Position numbers and translations under genes: made by a program. From assembly GCA_946494015.1 (NCBI GenBank), contig CAMMBL010000002.1, forward strand, positions 1,379 to 65,378: a stretch of 64,000 nt of DNA. The letters are read 5' to 3'. Origin of the DNA: an uncultured Mycoplasmatota bacterium. Lineage in GTDB: Bacteria > Bacillota_I > Bacilli_A > RF39 > UBA660. A model generated the notes under the pieces. The model was not told the origin of the DNA, ran no database searches, and saw only the letters and a list, made by a program, of their open reading frames with translations. Below, piece after piece: positions 10,395 to 18,930 of the stretch (position 1 is its first letter; each line of letters begins with the position of its first letter).

Positions 10395-10861
10395 ATGTGT
10401 TCTTTAGAAAATTATAATAATGAGTTTTTAATTACTATAGTTAGTCTATTTTTAAAGAATATTATAACAGTTAATAGCTTTCAATCCCTTAAAAAAGTGA
10501 TTGAACAAATTTCTTCTGAACCTGTAAGAGTACTTAAGGTTGAAGATTTACCATTGATTTCAAAGAATATGAAAAATATAGTTAGGAGAGCTATTTTGCT
10601 GGAAAGACACTGGTTGCTAAAAGTCGAGATTTTATTTATAGTAAGTTTTGTGGAATGAATGAATATTATTATAATGATGATGTTGAAAATGTTTCTTTTA
10701 TGAATTCTGTTACTTGGGATACATTTTGTCTAGAAAAGACATTAAAGAAGCAAGTTTTTAAAAGGTTACCTGATGAAGCAGAAGATTTGTTGAGATATAG
10801 AAATTATAATACAATTGAATCTAGTGTTTATTCAAATTTTTTAAAGAGCAGTTATAGATAA
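10395..10861 (+). pseudogene. Two short abutting ORFs (87 and 68 aa) with no recognisable family; possibly a frameshift-split remnant
   Basis: The frame of the second ORF stays open upstream to 10586, so it overlaps the tail of the first ORF. No family motif recognised. A weak hairpin plus T-run follows at about 10845-10885. Confidence 0.2.
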
Positions 10862-10938
10862 GAGTTTAGGCTCTTTTTCTTTTGTCCTCTTGACTAAAAC
10901 CTTTTATCTTCTTATACTTATTAGTAGAATTGGAGGCT

Positions 10939-11577
10939 ATGAAGACTGTGGTTAAAGCGGATATTTTAAAGCAACATAAAGAGATTTTAATGACAGCAGG
11001 TGTTGAACTTGCTACTAATAATACTAATTCTTTAATCGAAGATGATATTATTAATGGAGTTATTGAACCTCCTTTAGAAGCGATGGATGTAATTAAACAA
11101 AGAATTCTTAATATTGCTAAAGATAACAAGTTAGTTATTAATAGTGATAAATTTAATGAAGTTTTAACTGAGTATAAGAATGAATTAAAACAAGAATTTA
11201 TTAATATATTTAAAAAGAGAATAACATTAATCGCTGATAATTTTTCTAAGTTTGATGATAATAAGCCTTTAGACTTGGTTAAAAATTTAAAAAAAGAATT
11301 AGTTAAATTTAATAAAGAATCTAAAAAAGAGTATAAAGAAGTATTAATTAAATTGGTTAAAGAAAAAATTATAAATAATTTAGATTTGTTTGTTTCAGAT
11401 AACAATATAAGTTTTAATAAAGAAGTAACAAAATTTTTGCAAAATTTTTATATTAAACAAATTTTAGAAACTATTGATATGAAAATTCTTGTTAAGGATA
11501 CAATTTTACTTAACAGTTTAAAAGAACAGATAGAAAGATTTGTTTTTACTAAAGAAAATTCTCATTTATTTGATTGA
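10939..11577 (+). CDS. Hypothetical K/E/N-rich, probably helical protein
   Basis: Long + strand ORF followed by a good intrinsic terminator. The antisense 179-aa ORF is low-complexity. The start is uncertain (TTG at 10930 or ATG at 10939). Confidence 0.5.
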   Translation: MKTVVKADILKQHKEILMTAGVELATNNTNSLIEDDIINGVIEPPLEAMDVIKQRILNIAKDNKLVINSDKFNEVLTEYKNELKQEFINIFKKRITLIADNFSKFDDNKPLDLVKNLKKELVKFNKESKKEYKEVLIKLVKEKIINNLDLFVSDNNISFNKEVTKFLQNFYIKQILETIDMKILVKDTILLNSLKEQIERFVFTKENSHLFD

Positions 11578-11591
11578 ATGAGAATTTTTTT
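11555..11591 (+). terminator. Rho-independent terminator
   Basis: 11-bp stem AAAATTCTCAT / ATGAGAATTTT followed by a T-run. It overlaps the stop codon of the preceding ORF. Confidence 0.7.
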
Positions 11592-11740
11592 AGTAATTTT
11601 GTTTATCAATTATTAATTGGAAATAATTACCAAGGAAAAAAGCTCCTTCTTACGTATATAATAACAATAGATAGTGTAATTTAGATGGTATAAAATGGGC
11701 AGATATTGGAACAATAACTACTGAAAAGGAAGGAGCATAT

Positions 11741-12283
11741 ATGAAGACAACAGGTGTAGTAAGAAGAATTGATGATTTAGGAAGAATTGTTATTCCTAAA
11801 GAAATAAGAAAAACTCTTAGAATTAGAGATGGTGAATCATTAGAATTTTTTGTTGATAAAGAAACAATTACTTTGAGAAAATTTTCTACTAGTGCGGATT
11901 TGAGTGATGTTTCCCAAGCTCTTTTGGATACTATTTGTACAACTATTAATAAAAGTATTTTTGTTACTGATCGTGATAAGATTGTGGCAGGCAGTGGGAA
12001 GTTTAAAAAAGAATTTTTTAATTATAATATTTCAACTCAGTTAGAAGAATATTTATTTAATAATGAAAATTTAGTTAAATCTTCAGGAACAATTAATGAA
12101 ATTGTTGATAATAATGATATTAATTCTAATGAATATAAATATATTTTAAGTCCAATACTAGCCGAAGGTGAAACAATAGGGTTGGTTTTGATGATTAGTG
12201 AAGAAAGTAAAAGTTTTACAGAAGAAGATGAGCATATAGTACAAATAATTGCTAGTTTTCTAGCAAAATATCTTGAAGATTAG
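11741..12283 (+). CDS. spoVT: Stage V sporulation protein T (AbrB-type N-terminal domain plus GAF-like C-terminal domain)
   Basis: MKTTGVVRRIDDLGRIVIPKEIRKTLRIRDGE SpoVT/AbrB swapped-hairpin motif. 180 aa, located downstream of mfd as in Bacillus. Confidence 0.88.
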   Translation: MKTTGVVRRIDDLGRIVIPKEIRKTLRIRDGESLEFFVDKETITLRKFSTSADLSDVSQALLDTICTTINKSIFVTDRDKIVAGSGKFKKEFFNYNISTQLEEYLFNNENLVKSSGTINEIVDNNDINSNEYKYILSPILAEGETIGLVLMISEESKSFTEEDEHIVQIIASFLAKYLED

Positions 12284-12304
12284 TATTTCTTATGTTAAAC
12301 TATT

Positions 12305-12565
12305 TTTGTTAAAAGTTGTGATGGAGAGTTTTATAATTATTTTGTTATAGAGATATCTTGGGTGGTGAAAAAGATACAAATAATAATTATAAAATATGGC
12401 TTCTGAACTTTCATATTGATAGGTAAGTATGAACGTGACTAAGCGTTAATTAGAATGAGATACAAGATTTATTGTAAGAAAGGTGGTACCGTGTAGATTA
12501 TTTATCTATGCCCTTTTGTTATAATAAATCTTTTTCTTTAATATTAAGTTTGAATTTATTTAAGG
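12305..12565 (+). promoter_or_regulatory. T-box leader (tRNA-sensing riboswitch) controlling metG; candidate Met specifier AUG at 12396-12398
   Basis: Conserved T-box sequence AAGAAAGGTGGTACCGTG at 12476-12493. Stem-I-like elements upstream (GATGGAGAG, AGAGA, GGTGGTGAAA). An AT-rich imperfect helix plus T-run lies just before the metG RBS. The boundaries are approximate. Confidence 0.75.
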
Positions 12566-12576
12566 AGGAGATACAA

Positions 12577-14112
12577 ATGAAAAAGTTTTATATTACAACA
12601 CCTATTTATTACCCAAGTGCAAATTTTCATATTGGTCATTGTTATACCACAATAATTGCAGATGCAATTGCAAGGTATAAACGAAATAAAGGATTTGATG
12701 TTTATTTTCAAACTGGTACCGATGAACATGGTTTAAAAATAGAAACTAAAGCCAAAGAGGCTGGAGTTAGTCCTAAAAAATATGTAGATAAGGTGGTTTT
12801 AAATGCTAAGGATTTATGGAAATCTTTAGATATTTCTTATGATTATTTTATTAGAACAACAGATGAAAATCACGTTAAAGCTGTTCAAAAAATATTTACT
12901 AAATTATATGAACAAGGTGATATTTATAAAGGTACTTATAAAGGACTTTATTGTATTCCTTGTGAATCATTTTGGACTAAAACGCAACTTATAGATGGTA
13001 AATGTCCTGATTGTGGTAGAGAAGTTAAAGAAGTGGAAGAAGAAGCTTATTTTTTAAAGCTTTCAAAATATCAAGATCGATTAGTTGAATATATAGAAAG
13101 TCATCCTGATTTTATTGAACCAGAATCTCGTAAAAATGAAATGATAAATAATTTTATTAAACCTGGTCTTGAAGATTTATGTGTTTCAAGGACAAGTTTT
13201 ACATGGGGAATTCCTGTTCCCTTTGATCAAAAACATGTTGTTTATGTATGGTTAGATGCTTTAACTAATTATATAACTTCATTAGGATATATGAGTGATG
13301 ATGACACTAAGTTTAAACAATATTGGCCAGCTGATTTACATTTAGTTGGTAAAGAAATCATTAGATTCCATACAATAGTTTGGCCTATTATACTGATGGC
13401 GTTAGATTTACCATTACCAAAAAAAGTTTATGGACATGGTTGGTTAGTTATTAATGGTAATAAAATCTCTAAATCTTTAGGAAATTATAAAGATCCAAGA
13501 GAGTATATTAAATATTTTGGTGTTGATGCTGTAAGATATTTTGTATTAAGAGAAGTTCCTTTTGGTAATGATGGTAATTTTTCTGTTGAAGCTCTAATTG
13601 ATAGAACTAATGCTGATTTAGCCAATACACTTGGTAATTTAGTTCAAAGAACTATTAGTATGGCAAATAAATATTTTGAAGGTAAAATAAGTAATAAAAA
13701 GGTTTATGAAGATATAGATAATGATTTTATAAAAAAAATAAATAGTTTAGATGAAGATGTTTCTTTAGAAATAGATAAATTAGAAATATCTTTAGGACTT
13801 AATAAAATTTTTGAATTATTAAGATTTAGTAATAAATATATAGATGAAACAATGCCATGGGTATTAGCAAAAGATGAAAAAAGTAAAGATAGACTTGAAA
13901 CAGTCTTATACAATTTACTAGAATCTATTAGAGTGTGTGCTTTGAGTCTTAATTTTGCTATTCCATCAACTAGTAGAGAAATTATTAGACAACTTAATAA
14001 TAAAAGTTCTGATATTAAATATTTAGAAGATAATAATTATGAAGTAATTAGTCCAAAACCTTTATTTGGAAGAATTGATAAAGATACTTTTTTAAAAGAA
14101 CATGATTTGTAA
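12577..14112 (+). CDS. metG: Methionine--tRNA ligase (short form without the C-terminal tRNA-binding domain)
   Basis: HIGH motif (NFHIGH), KMSKS variant (KISKS), zinc knuckle CIPCE...CPDCG. AAGGAGGAG RBS precedes the ATG at 12577; the ORF track start at 12508 lies inside the T-box leader. Confidence 0.93.
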   Translation: MKKFYITTPIYYPSANFHIGHCYTTIIADAIARYKRNKGFDVYFQTGTDEHGLKIETKAKEAGVSPKKYVDKVVLNAKDLWKSLDISYDYFIRTTDENHVKAVQKIFTKLYEQGDIYKGTYKGLYCIPCESFWTKTQLIDGKCPDCGREVKEVEEEAYFLKLSKYQDRLVEYIESHPDFIEPESRKNEMINNFIKPGLEDLCVSRTSFTWGIPVPFDQKHVVYVWLDALTNYITSLGYMSDDDTKFKQYWPADLHLVGKEIIRFHTIVWPIILMALDLPLPKKVYGHGWLVINGNKISKSLGNYKDPREYIKYFGVDAVRYFVLREVPFGNDGNFSVEALIDRTNADLANTLGNLVQRTISMANKYFEGKISNKKVYEDIDNDFIKKINSLDEDVSLEIDKLEISLGLNKIFELLRFSNKYIDETMPWVLAKDEKSKDRLETVLYNLLESIRVCALSLNFAIPSTSREIIRQLNNKSSDIKYLEDNNYEVISPKPLFGRIDKDTFLKEHDL

Positions 14113-14236
14113 AATTTATTGTAAAGAAAAAAATAAATGAGGTTTATTTTACATGTAATCTCATTTTTTATGTTATAGTTAAAGGGTAGTGTATGAGGTA
14201 ACTAGTAGTATTGAAGTCGTAAGAAAGGATGAATCT

Positions 14237-14419
14237 ATGACTAAAAGACGAAAGTTAGAAATTGACAGTATAATATTTTTATTATTATATGCCGGATTGT
14301 TTGTAACAGTTATTTTGGTACATAATTTATTAGATATTATTTATTTTATAACTTTAACATTCTATTTAATTAGACTTATTTTATGTCGAAAGAAAAAAGA
14401 TCATGTAAATAATAATTAA
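14237..14419 (+). CDS. Small hypothetical membrane protein (60 aa)
   Basis: AAGGATGA RBS before the ATG at 14237, two hydrophobic segments, and a strong terminator immediately downstream. Confidence 0.4.
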   Translation: MTKRRKLEIDSIIFLLLYAGLFVTVILVHNLLDIIYFITLTFYLIRLILCRKKKDHVNNN

Positions 14420-14444
14420 TAAGTTAAGAAAGTGGAGTTTAAGG

Positions 14445-14479
14445 ATGATTTCTTGTTGATTAGAAATCATTTTTCTTTT
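14445..14479 (+). terminator. Rho-independent terminator
   Basis: Perfect 9-bp stem ATGATTTCT / AGAAATCAT with an 8-nt loop, followed by TTTTCTTTT. Confidence 0.75.
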
Positions 14480-14564
14480 ACTTAAAAGAATAGTTATATT
14501 TGACTATATAACTTTAAACATGATATAAATTAAGTAAAAAATGATAATAAAATTGGAGGTAATT

Positions 14565-15323
14565 ATGTTAATTGATACTCATTGTCATTTAAGTAGTGAA
14601 TATTATGATAATATAAATCAAATAGTAGAAGAAAATAAAAAAGCTTCTGTTTCTTTTATGGTAGTATCTGGCTGTGATAAAAGTGGTATAAAAGAAGTTT
14701 TAGAATTAAAGAAAAAATATGATTGTGTTTTTGCTACAATTGGTTATCATCCTGATTGTGCTGATAAAATTACTTATAATGATTTAAATGTTTTGAAAGA
14801 ACAATTAAAAAATGATAAAATTGTTGGAGTAGGAGAAATTGGCTTAGATTATTATTATACTAAAGAAAATAGAGATAAACAGTTATGGCTATTTGAAGAA
14901 CAATTAAAAATAGCTCAGGAATTAAAATTACCTGTTGTTATTCATTCTAGGGAAGCTACACTTGATACTATTAATATTTTAAAAAAATACAAATTAAAAG
15001 GAATAATTCATTGTTTTAGTGGAAGTTTAGAAACTGCTAATATTTATATAAAGATGGGTTATTTTTTAGGAATTGGAGGGGTTGTAACTTTTAAAAATTC
15101 AAAACTTAAAGAAGTTGTTAAGCAAATATCTTTAGATAATATTGTCCTTGAAACTGATAGTCCATATCTTACTCCAGAGCCTTATCGAGGTAAGAAAAAT
15201 TCTTCTAAATATTTAAATAACATAGCTAGTTACATAGTAAATATCAAAAATATTAATTATGAAGAAGTGGAAAAAATTACTAGTGATAATGCTTGTAAGA
15301 TATTTGACTTTAATATTAAGTAG
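14565..15323 (+). CDS. tatD: TatD-family metal-dependent DNase/hydrolase (YabD)
   Basis: MLIDTHCHL start, GEIGLDYY, VIHSREA and ETDSPYL motifs. GGAGGT RBS. Confidence 0.9.
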   Translation: MLIDTHCHLSSEYYDNINQIVEENKKASVSFMVVSGCDKSGIKEVLELKKKYDCVFATIGYHPDCADKITYNDLNVLKEQLKNDKIVGVGEIGLDYYYTKENRDKQLWLFEEQLKIAQELKLPVVIHSREATLDTINILKKYKLKGIIHCFSGSLETANIYIKMGYFLGIGGVVTFKNSKLKEVVKQISLDNIVLETDSPYLTPEPYRGKKNSSKYLNNIASYIVNIKNINYEEVEKITSDNACKIFDFNIK

Positions 15324-15362
15324 TGTTATTATCAAACTAATAGAAAATGAGGTATAGAAGTT

Positions 15363-15950
15363 ATGAGCATAAAATTTGTAAAATACTTCGGATTTATTAG
15401 TTTGATTTTTTTATTTGCAATTGTAGTTTTATCTGGAAATAAAAAAACGGTGATAACTACATCCAATATTAATAGTGTTAAATCTTTACAGGCTGTGCAT
15501 ATTGTTAATAAATATAATTCAATTAAGGTAGCAGAAGAAAAAAAAGAAACACCAGTTTTTGCTACTTTTAATGAAGCTATAGCTGTGGCTAGTAATATGC
15601 CTGTCGCTTTTATGGGAAAGCTTACAGCGTATGGCCCTGATTGTCCTGGTTGTTCTGGTAACAGCGCTTGTCCACCTAGACAAAACTTTAAAAATGGTAA
15701 TATTTATTTTAATGATCAAGTTTATGGAAAAGTTAGAGTAGTGGCTGCTGATAGATCTATACCTTGTGGAAGTATAGTTCGTATTTCAGGTATAAGAATT
15801 TATGATCAGCCTATTTTAGCTATAGTTATGGATAGAGGTGGTGCAGTTAAAGGTAATCATTTAGATTTGTTATTTACAAGTCAATCTAATTTAGAAGGCT
15901 TTACTACTAGTAATAATATTAAATTTGAAATAATTAGATATGGATGGTAA
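15363..15950 (+). CDS. 3D-domain (MltA-like double-psi barrel) secreted cell-wall protein, YabE-like
   Basis: N-terminal signal-anchor helix. C-terminal block GKLTAYGPDCPGCSG...VAADRSIPCGS...VMDRGGAVKGNHLDLLF is typical of 3D domains. It follows tatD as yabE does in Bacillus. Confidence 0.75.
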   Translation: MSIKFVKYFGFISLIFLFAIVVLSGNKKTVITTSNINSVKSLQAVHIVNKYNSIKVAEEKKETPVFATFNEAIAVASNMPVAFMGKLTAYGPDCPGCSGNSACPPRQNFKNGNIYFNDQVYGKVRVVAADRSIPCGSIVRISGIRIYDQPILAIVMDRGGAVKGNHLDLLFTSQSNLEGFTTSNNIKFEIIRYGW

Positions 15951-15963
15951 AATAAAGTATTAT

Positions 15964-15989
15964 AGTGTCTAAACTCTGACACTTTTTTT
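15964..15989 (+). terminator. Rho-independent terminator AGTGTC-N8-GACACT plus T7 (first copy of the GTGTC/GACAC terminator family)
   Basis: Read directly. The same stem recurs after array genes 1-5. Confidence 0.75.
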
Positions 15990-16007
15990 CTTTTTATCAA
16001 AAAAGTA

Positions 16008-16037
16008 TTGCTATCTTCATTTTTTTTGTGCTATAGT
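16008..16037 (+). promoter_or_regulatory. Sigma-A-type promoter P1: TTGCTA, 18-nt spacer, TGcTATAGT (extended -10)
   Basis: Read directly. The spacer contains a T8 run at 16020-16027. GAAGGAGG RBS lies downstream. Confidence 0.65.
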
Positions 16038-16065
16038 TATATTGTAGAAGGAGGTTAGACAGAGA

Positions 16066-16671
16066 ATGAAAAACGATAATTCTAAGCATGTATTATTAGC
16101 TGTGCTTGGAGTAGCTATTTTAATTGTGGCTGTAGTTGGAGTATCATTTGCAGCATTTAGTTATAGTAAAACTGGAACAAAAGTTAATACTATTACAACA
16201 GGTACTATTACAATGAGTTATAGTGAAACTACTAATGGTATTAATTTAGTTGATGCTCTACCTATGACTGATACTCAAGGTAAAGCATTAACTGGTGAAA
16301 ATAACGTTTTTGATTTTACAGTAAGTGCTACTATTACTGGTACTACTACTATCAATTATGATATTACAGCAACAAAAGAAGAAGGTAGCAATATTGATGA
16401 TTCAGGAGTTAAAGTTTATTTAACTGATGGTGCAAATCCAAGTGAATCTCAAATATTAGCACCTACAAAAATATCTGCTTTATCAAAAACATCTTCAGCT
16501 GCTTCAGGAGCACCAGATGATCAATATATTTTAGAAACTGGTACTATTTCAGCAACTCAATCTAAAAACTATCGTTTAAGAATGTGGGTAGCTGATGATT
16601 ATACTAATCTTGGTACATCTGGTACTTATAAATTACGTGTAAATGTCTATGGAAAAGCAGCTGCACAATAA
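16066..16671 (+). CDS. TasA/camelysin-like SipW-cognate secreted protein, paralog 1
   Basis: 201 aa. One N-terminal hydrophobic helix followed by FAAFSYSKTGTKVNTITTGTITM. The C-terminus carries YRLRMWVAD...YKLRVNVYGKAAAQ. No Cys, lipobox or LPXTG. Strong RBS. Confidence 0.8.
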   Translation: MKNDNSKHVLLAVLGVAILIVAVVGVSFAAFSYSKTGTKVNTITTGTITMSYSETTNGINLVDALPMTDTQGKALTGENNVFDFTVSATITGTTTINYDITATKEEGSNIDDSGVKVYLTDGANPSESQILAPTKISALSKTSSAASGAPDDQYILETGTISATQSKNYRLRMWVADDYTNLGTSGTYKLRVNVYGKAAAQ

Positions 16672-16686
16672 GCTAATTTATATTAA

Positions 16687-16712
16687 AGTGTCTAATCTCT
16701 GACACTTTTTTT
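16687..16712 (+). terminator. Terminator AGTGTC-N8-GACACT plus T7
   Basis: Read directly. Confidence 0.75.
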
Positions 16713-16729
16713 CTTTTTTAAAAAAAGTA

Positions 16730-16759
16730 TTGCTATCTCTATTTTTTTTGTGCTATAGT
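16730..16759 (+). promoter_or_regulatory. Promoter P2: TTGCTA, 18-nt spacer, TGcTATAGT
   Basis: Near-identical to P1. T8 run at 16742-16749 within the spacer. Confidence 0.65.
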
Positions 16760-16787
16760 TATATTGTAGAAGGAGGTTAGACAGAGA

Positions 16788-17390
16788 ATGAAAAATGATA
16801 ATTCTAAGCAAGTATTATTATCAGTTCTTGGTGTGGCTATTTTAATTGTAGCTGTAGTTGGAGTATCATTTGCCGCATTTAGTTACAGTAAAACAGGAAC
16901 AAAAGTTAATACTATTACAACAGGTACTATTACTATGAATTATAGTGAAACTACTAATGGTATTAATTTGACTAATGCTTTACCTATGAGTGATGAAGTA
17001 GGAAAAAAATTAAGTGAAACTGATCAATATTTTGATTTTACTGTTAATGCTAATATTACAGGTAATACTACAATTAATTATGCTATTACAGCGACAAGAG
17101 AAGAAGATAGCGATATTCCAGATACAGGAGTTAAAGTTTATTTAACTGATATGGATGGTACTGCTGATACTGAAATATTAGGTCCTACAAAAATTTCAGC
17201 TTTATCAAAAACATCTTCTGATTCTTCAGGAGCACCTGATGGTCAATATCTTTTAGAAACTGATACATTTAATACAACAAGTTCACATAATTATCGTTTA
17301 AGAATGTGGGTAGCTGATGATTATAGTGTATCTGATACAGCTGGTACTTATAAGTTACGTGTTAATGTTTATGGTCAAGCAGCTGCTTAG
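16788..17390 (+). CDS. TasA/camelysin-like SipW-cognate secreted protein, paralog 2
   Basis: 200 aa with the same N-terminal and C-terminal blocks as paralog 1. The loop after NGINL is of the DEVGKKL..DQYFDF type shared with paralog 7. Confidence 0.8.
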   Translation: MKNDNSKQVLLSVLGVAILIVAVVGVSFAAFSYSKTGTKVNTITTGTITMNYSETTNGINLTNALPMSDEVGKKLSETDQYFDFTVNANITGNTTINYAITATREEDSDIPDTGVKVYLTDMDGTADTEILGPTKISALSKTSSDSSGAPDGQYLLETDTFNTTSSHNYRLRMWVADDYSVSDTAGTYKLRVNVYGQAAA

Positions 17391-17411
17391 TAATAGTATT
17401 ATTTATATTAA

Positions 17412-17434
17412 AGTGTCTAATCTCTGACACTTTT
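17412..17434 (+). terminator. Terminator AGTGTC-N8-GACACT plus T-run
   Basis: Read directly. Confidence 0.7.
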
Positions 17435-17444
17435 CTTTTTTTTC

Positions 17445-17474
17445 TTGCTTGCTTTTAATTTTATATGATATAGT
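17445..17474 (+). promoter_or_regulatory. Promoter P3: TTGCTT, 18-nt spacer, TGaTATAGT
   Basis: Read directly. Confidence 0.6.
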
Positions 17475-17501
17475 TTAATTATAGAAGGAGGATAATTTAT
17501 A

Positions 17502-18110
17502 ATGGAAGTTGATAATTCTAAGCAAGTATTATTATCAGTATTTGGAGTAGCTATTTTAGTAATTGCTGTTTTTGGAGTTTCTTTTGCCGCTTTTAATTAT
17601 TCTAAAACAGGTACTAAAGTTAATACTATTACAACAGGTACTATTACAATGAGTTATACAGAGCCTGATAACGGTATAAATCTTGCTAATGCAATGCCAA
17701 TGAGTGATTCTCAAGGTAAAGTATTAACTGGGGATAACAATGTTTTTGATTTTACAGTTACTACTACAATTGTTGGTACGGCAACAGTTAATTATACAAT
17801 TACAGCAACTAAAGAAGGAGATAGTACTATTCCAGATACAGGAGTTAAAGTTTATTTAACTAATATGGATGCTGATGCTGATTCACAAATATTAGCTCCT
17901 ACTTTAGTGTCAAATTTATCTAAAACTGGTTCTTCTGAACTTTCTGGTGCTCCAGCTAATCAGTATATCCTTAAATCAGATTCAACTACTAGTAGTGTTA
18001 ATCATAAATATCGTTTAAGAATGTGGGTAGCTGATACTTATACAGTTGGTGGTACTTCACAAACTTATAAATTAAGAGTTAATGTTTATGGTAAAGCTCC
18101 AGCTCAATAG
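17502..18110 (+). CDS. TasA/camelysin-like SipW-cognate secreted protein, paralog 3
   Basis: 202 aa. FAAFNYSKTGTKVNTITTGTITM and YRLRMWVADTY...YKLRVNVYGKAPAQ. Confidence 0.8.
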   Translation: MEVDNSKQVLLSVFGVAILVIAVFGVSFAAFNYSKTGTKVNTITTGTITMSYTEPDNGINLANAMPMSDSQGKVLTGDNNVFDFTVTTTIVGTATVNYTITATKEGDSTIPDTGVKVYLTNMDADADSQILAPTLVSNLSKTGSSELSGAPANQYILKSDSTTSSVNHKYRLRMWVADTYTVGGTSQTYKLRVNVYGKAPAQ

Positions 18111-18120
18111 TAGTTGGCGA

Positions 18121-18148
18121 AAAAGTGTCAAAATTTTGGACACTTTTT
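18121..18148 (+). terminator. Terminator AAAAGTGTC-N9-GACACTTTTT
   Basis: Read directly. Confidence 0.75.
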
Positions 18149-18156
18149 GTTTTTTC

Positions 18157-18186
18157 TTGCTTATTACCCACTTAATATGTTATAGT
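18157..18186 (+). promoter_or_regulatory. Promoter P4: TTGCTT, 18-nt spacer, TGtTATAGT
   Basis: Read directly. Confidence 0.6.
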
Positions 18187-18215
18187 TATAGAGTAGAAGG
18201 AGGTTAGACAAGAAA

Positions 18216-18824
18216 ATGAAAGGTAATAATTCTAAACAGTTATTATTATCAATACTTGGAGTAGCTATTTTAGTAGTAGCTGTAGTAGGTGTATCATTTG
18301 CGGCATTTAGTTATAGTAAAACAGGTACTAAAGTTAATACTATTACAACAGGTACTATTACAATGAGTTATGTTGAAGGTGAGAACGCAATTGATCTTAA
18401 AAATGCAATGCCAATGACTGATGTTAATGGTAAAGCTTTAACTGGAGATAATAATGTTTTTGACTTCACAGTAAATGCAACTATTACTGGTACTACTACT
18501 ATTGATTATGCAATTACAGCTACTAAAGAGCCTGATAGTACATTACCAGAGAGTGGAGTTAAAGTTTATTTAACTGACATGGATGCTGATGCTGATGATC
18601 AAATTTTAGCCCCTACACTTGTATCTAGTTTAGGTAAAACTACAAGTTCAGAAACTTCAGGAGCTCCAGTAGATCAATATAAACTTACAACAGGTACTTT
18701 TAATGCTACTACCACTCACAAATATCGTTTAAGAATGTGGGTAGCAGATACTTATAATGTTAGTGGTACTTCACAGACTTTCAAATTAAGAGTTAATGTC
18801 TATGGAAAAGCTGCTGCACAATAA
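18216..18824 (+). CDS. TasA/camelysin-like SipW-cognate secreted protein, paralog 4
   Basis: 202 aa with the same conserved blocks. Confidence 0.8.
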   Translation: MKGNNSKQLLLSILGVAILVVAVVGVSFAAFSYSKTGTKVNTITTGTITMSYVEGENAIDLKNAMPMTDVNGKALTGDNNVFDFTVNATITGTTTIDYAITATKEPDSTLPESGVKVYLTDMDADADDQILAPTLVSSLGKTTSSETSGAPVDQYKLTTGTFNATTTHKYRLRMWVADTYNVSGTSQTFKLRVNVYGKAAAQ

Positions 18825-18836
18825 AAGATAAATATA

Positions 18837-18859
18837 GTGTCAATTTTTTGACACTTTTT
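18837..18859 (+). terminator. Terminator GTGTCAA-N4-TTGACAC plus T5
   Basis: Read directly. Confidence 0.75.
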
Positions 18860-18867
18860 CTTTTTGC

Positions 18868-18897
18868 TTGCTTCGTTATTATTTATTATGTTATTAT
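18868..18897 (+). promoter_or_regulatory. Promoter P5: TTGCTT, 18-nt spacer, TGtTATTAT
   Basis: Read directly. Confidence 0.5.
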
Positions 18898-18930
18898 TAT
18901 ATTTGTAAGATATAAGGAGGTATATAATAA

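Noticed and set aside
10866-11405. 179-aa ORF on the minus strand
   Set aside because: The sequence is low-complexity and Ser/Leu/Asn-rich, typical of an antisense shadow in AT-rich DNA. The overlapping + strand ORF is followed by a good terminator in the + orientation.
12508-12576. N-terminal extensions in the ORF track (metG 12508, uvrA 44107, mscL 30407, trxB 48156, paralog 6 19613, tatD 14541, clpP 51586 and others)
   Set aside because: The extensions run through leaders, promoters or upstream genes and lack RBSs. Internal starts with good Shine-Dalgarno spacing reproduce canonical family N-termini.
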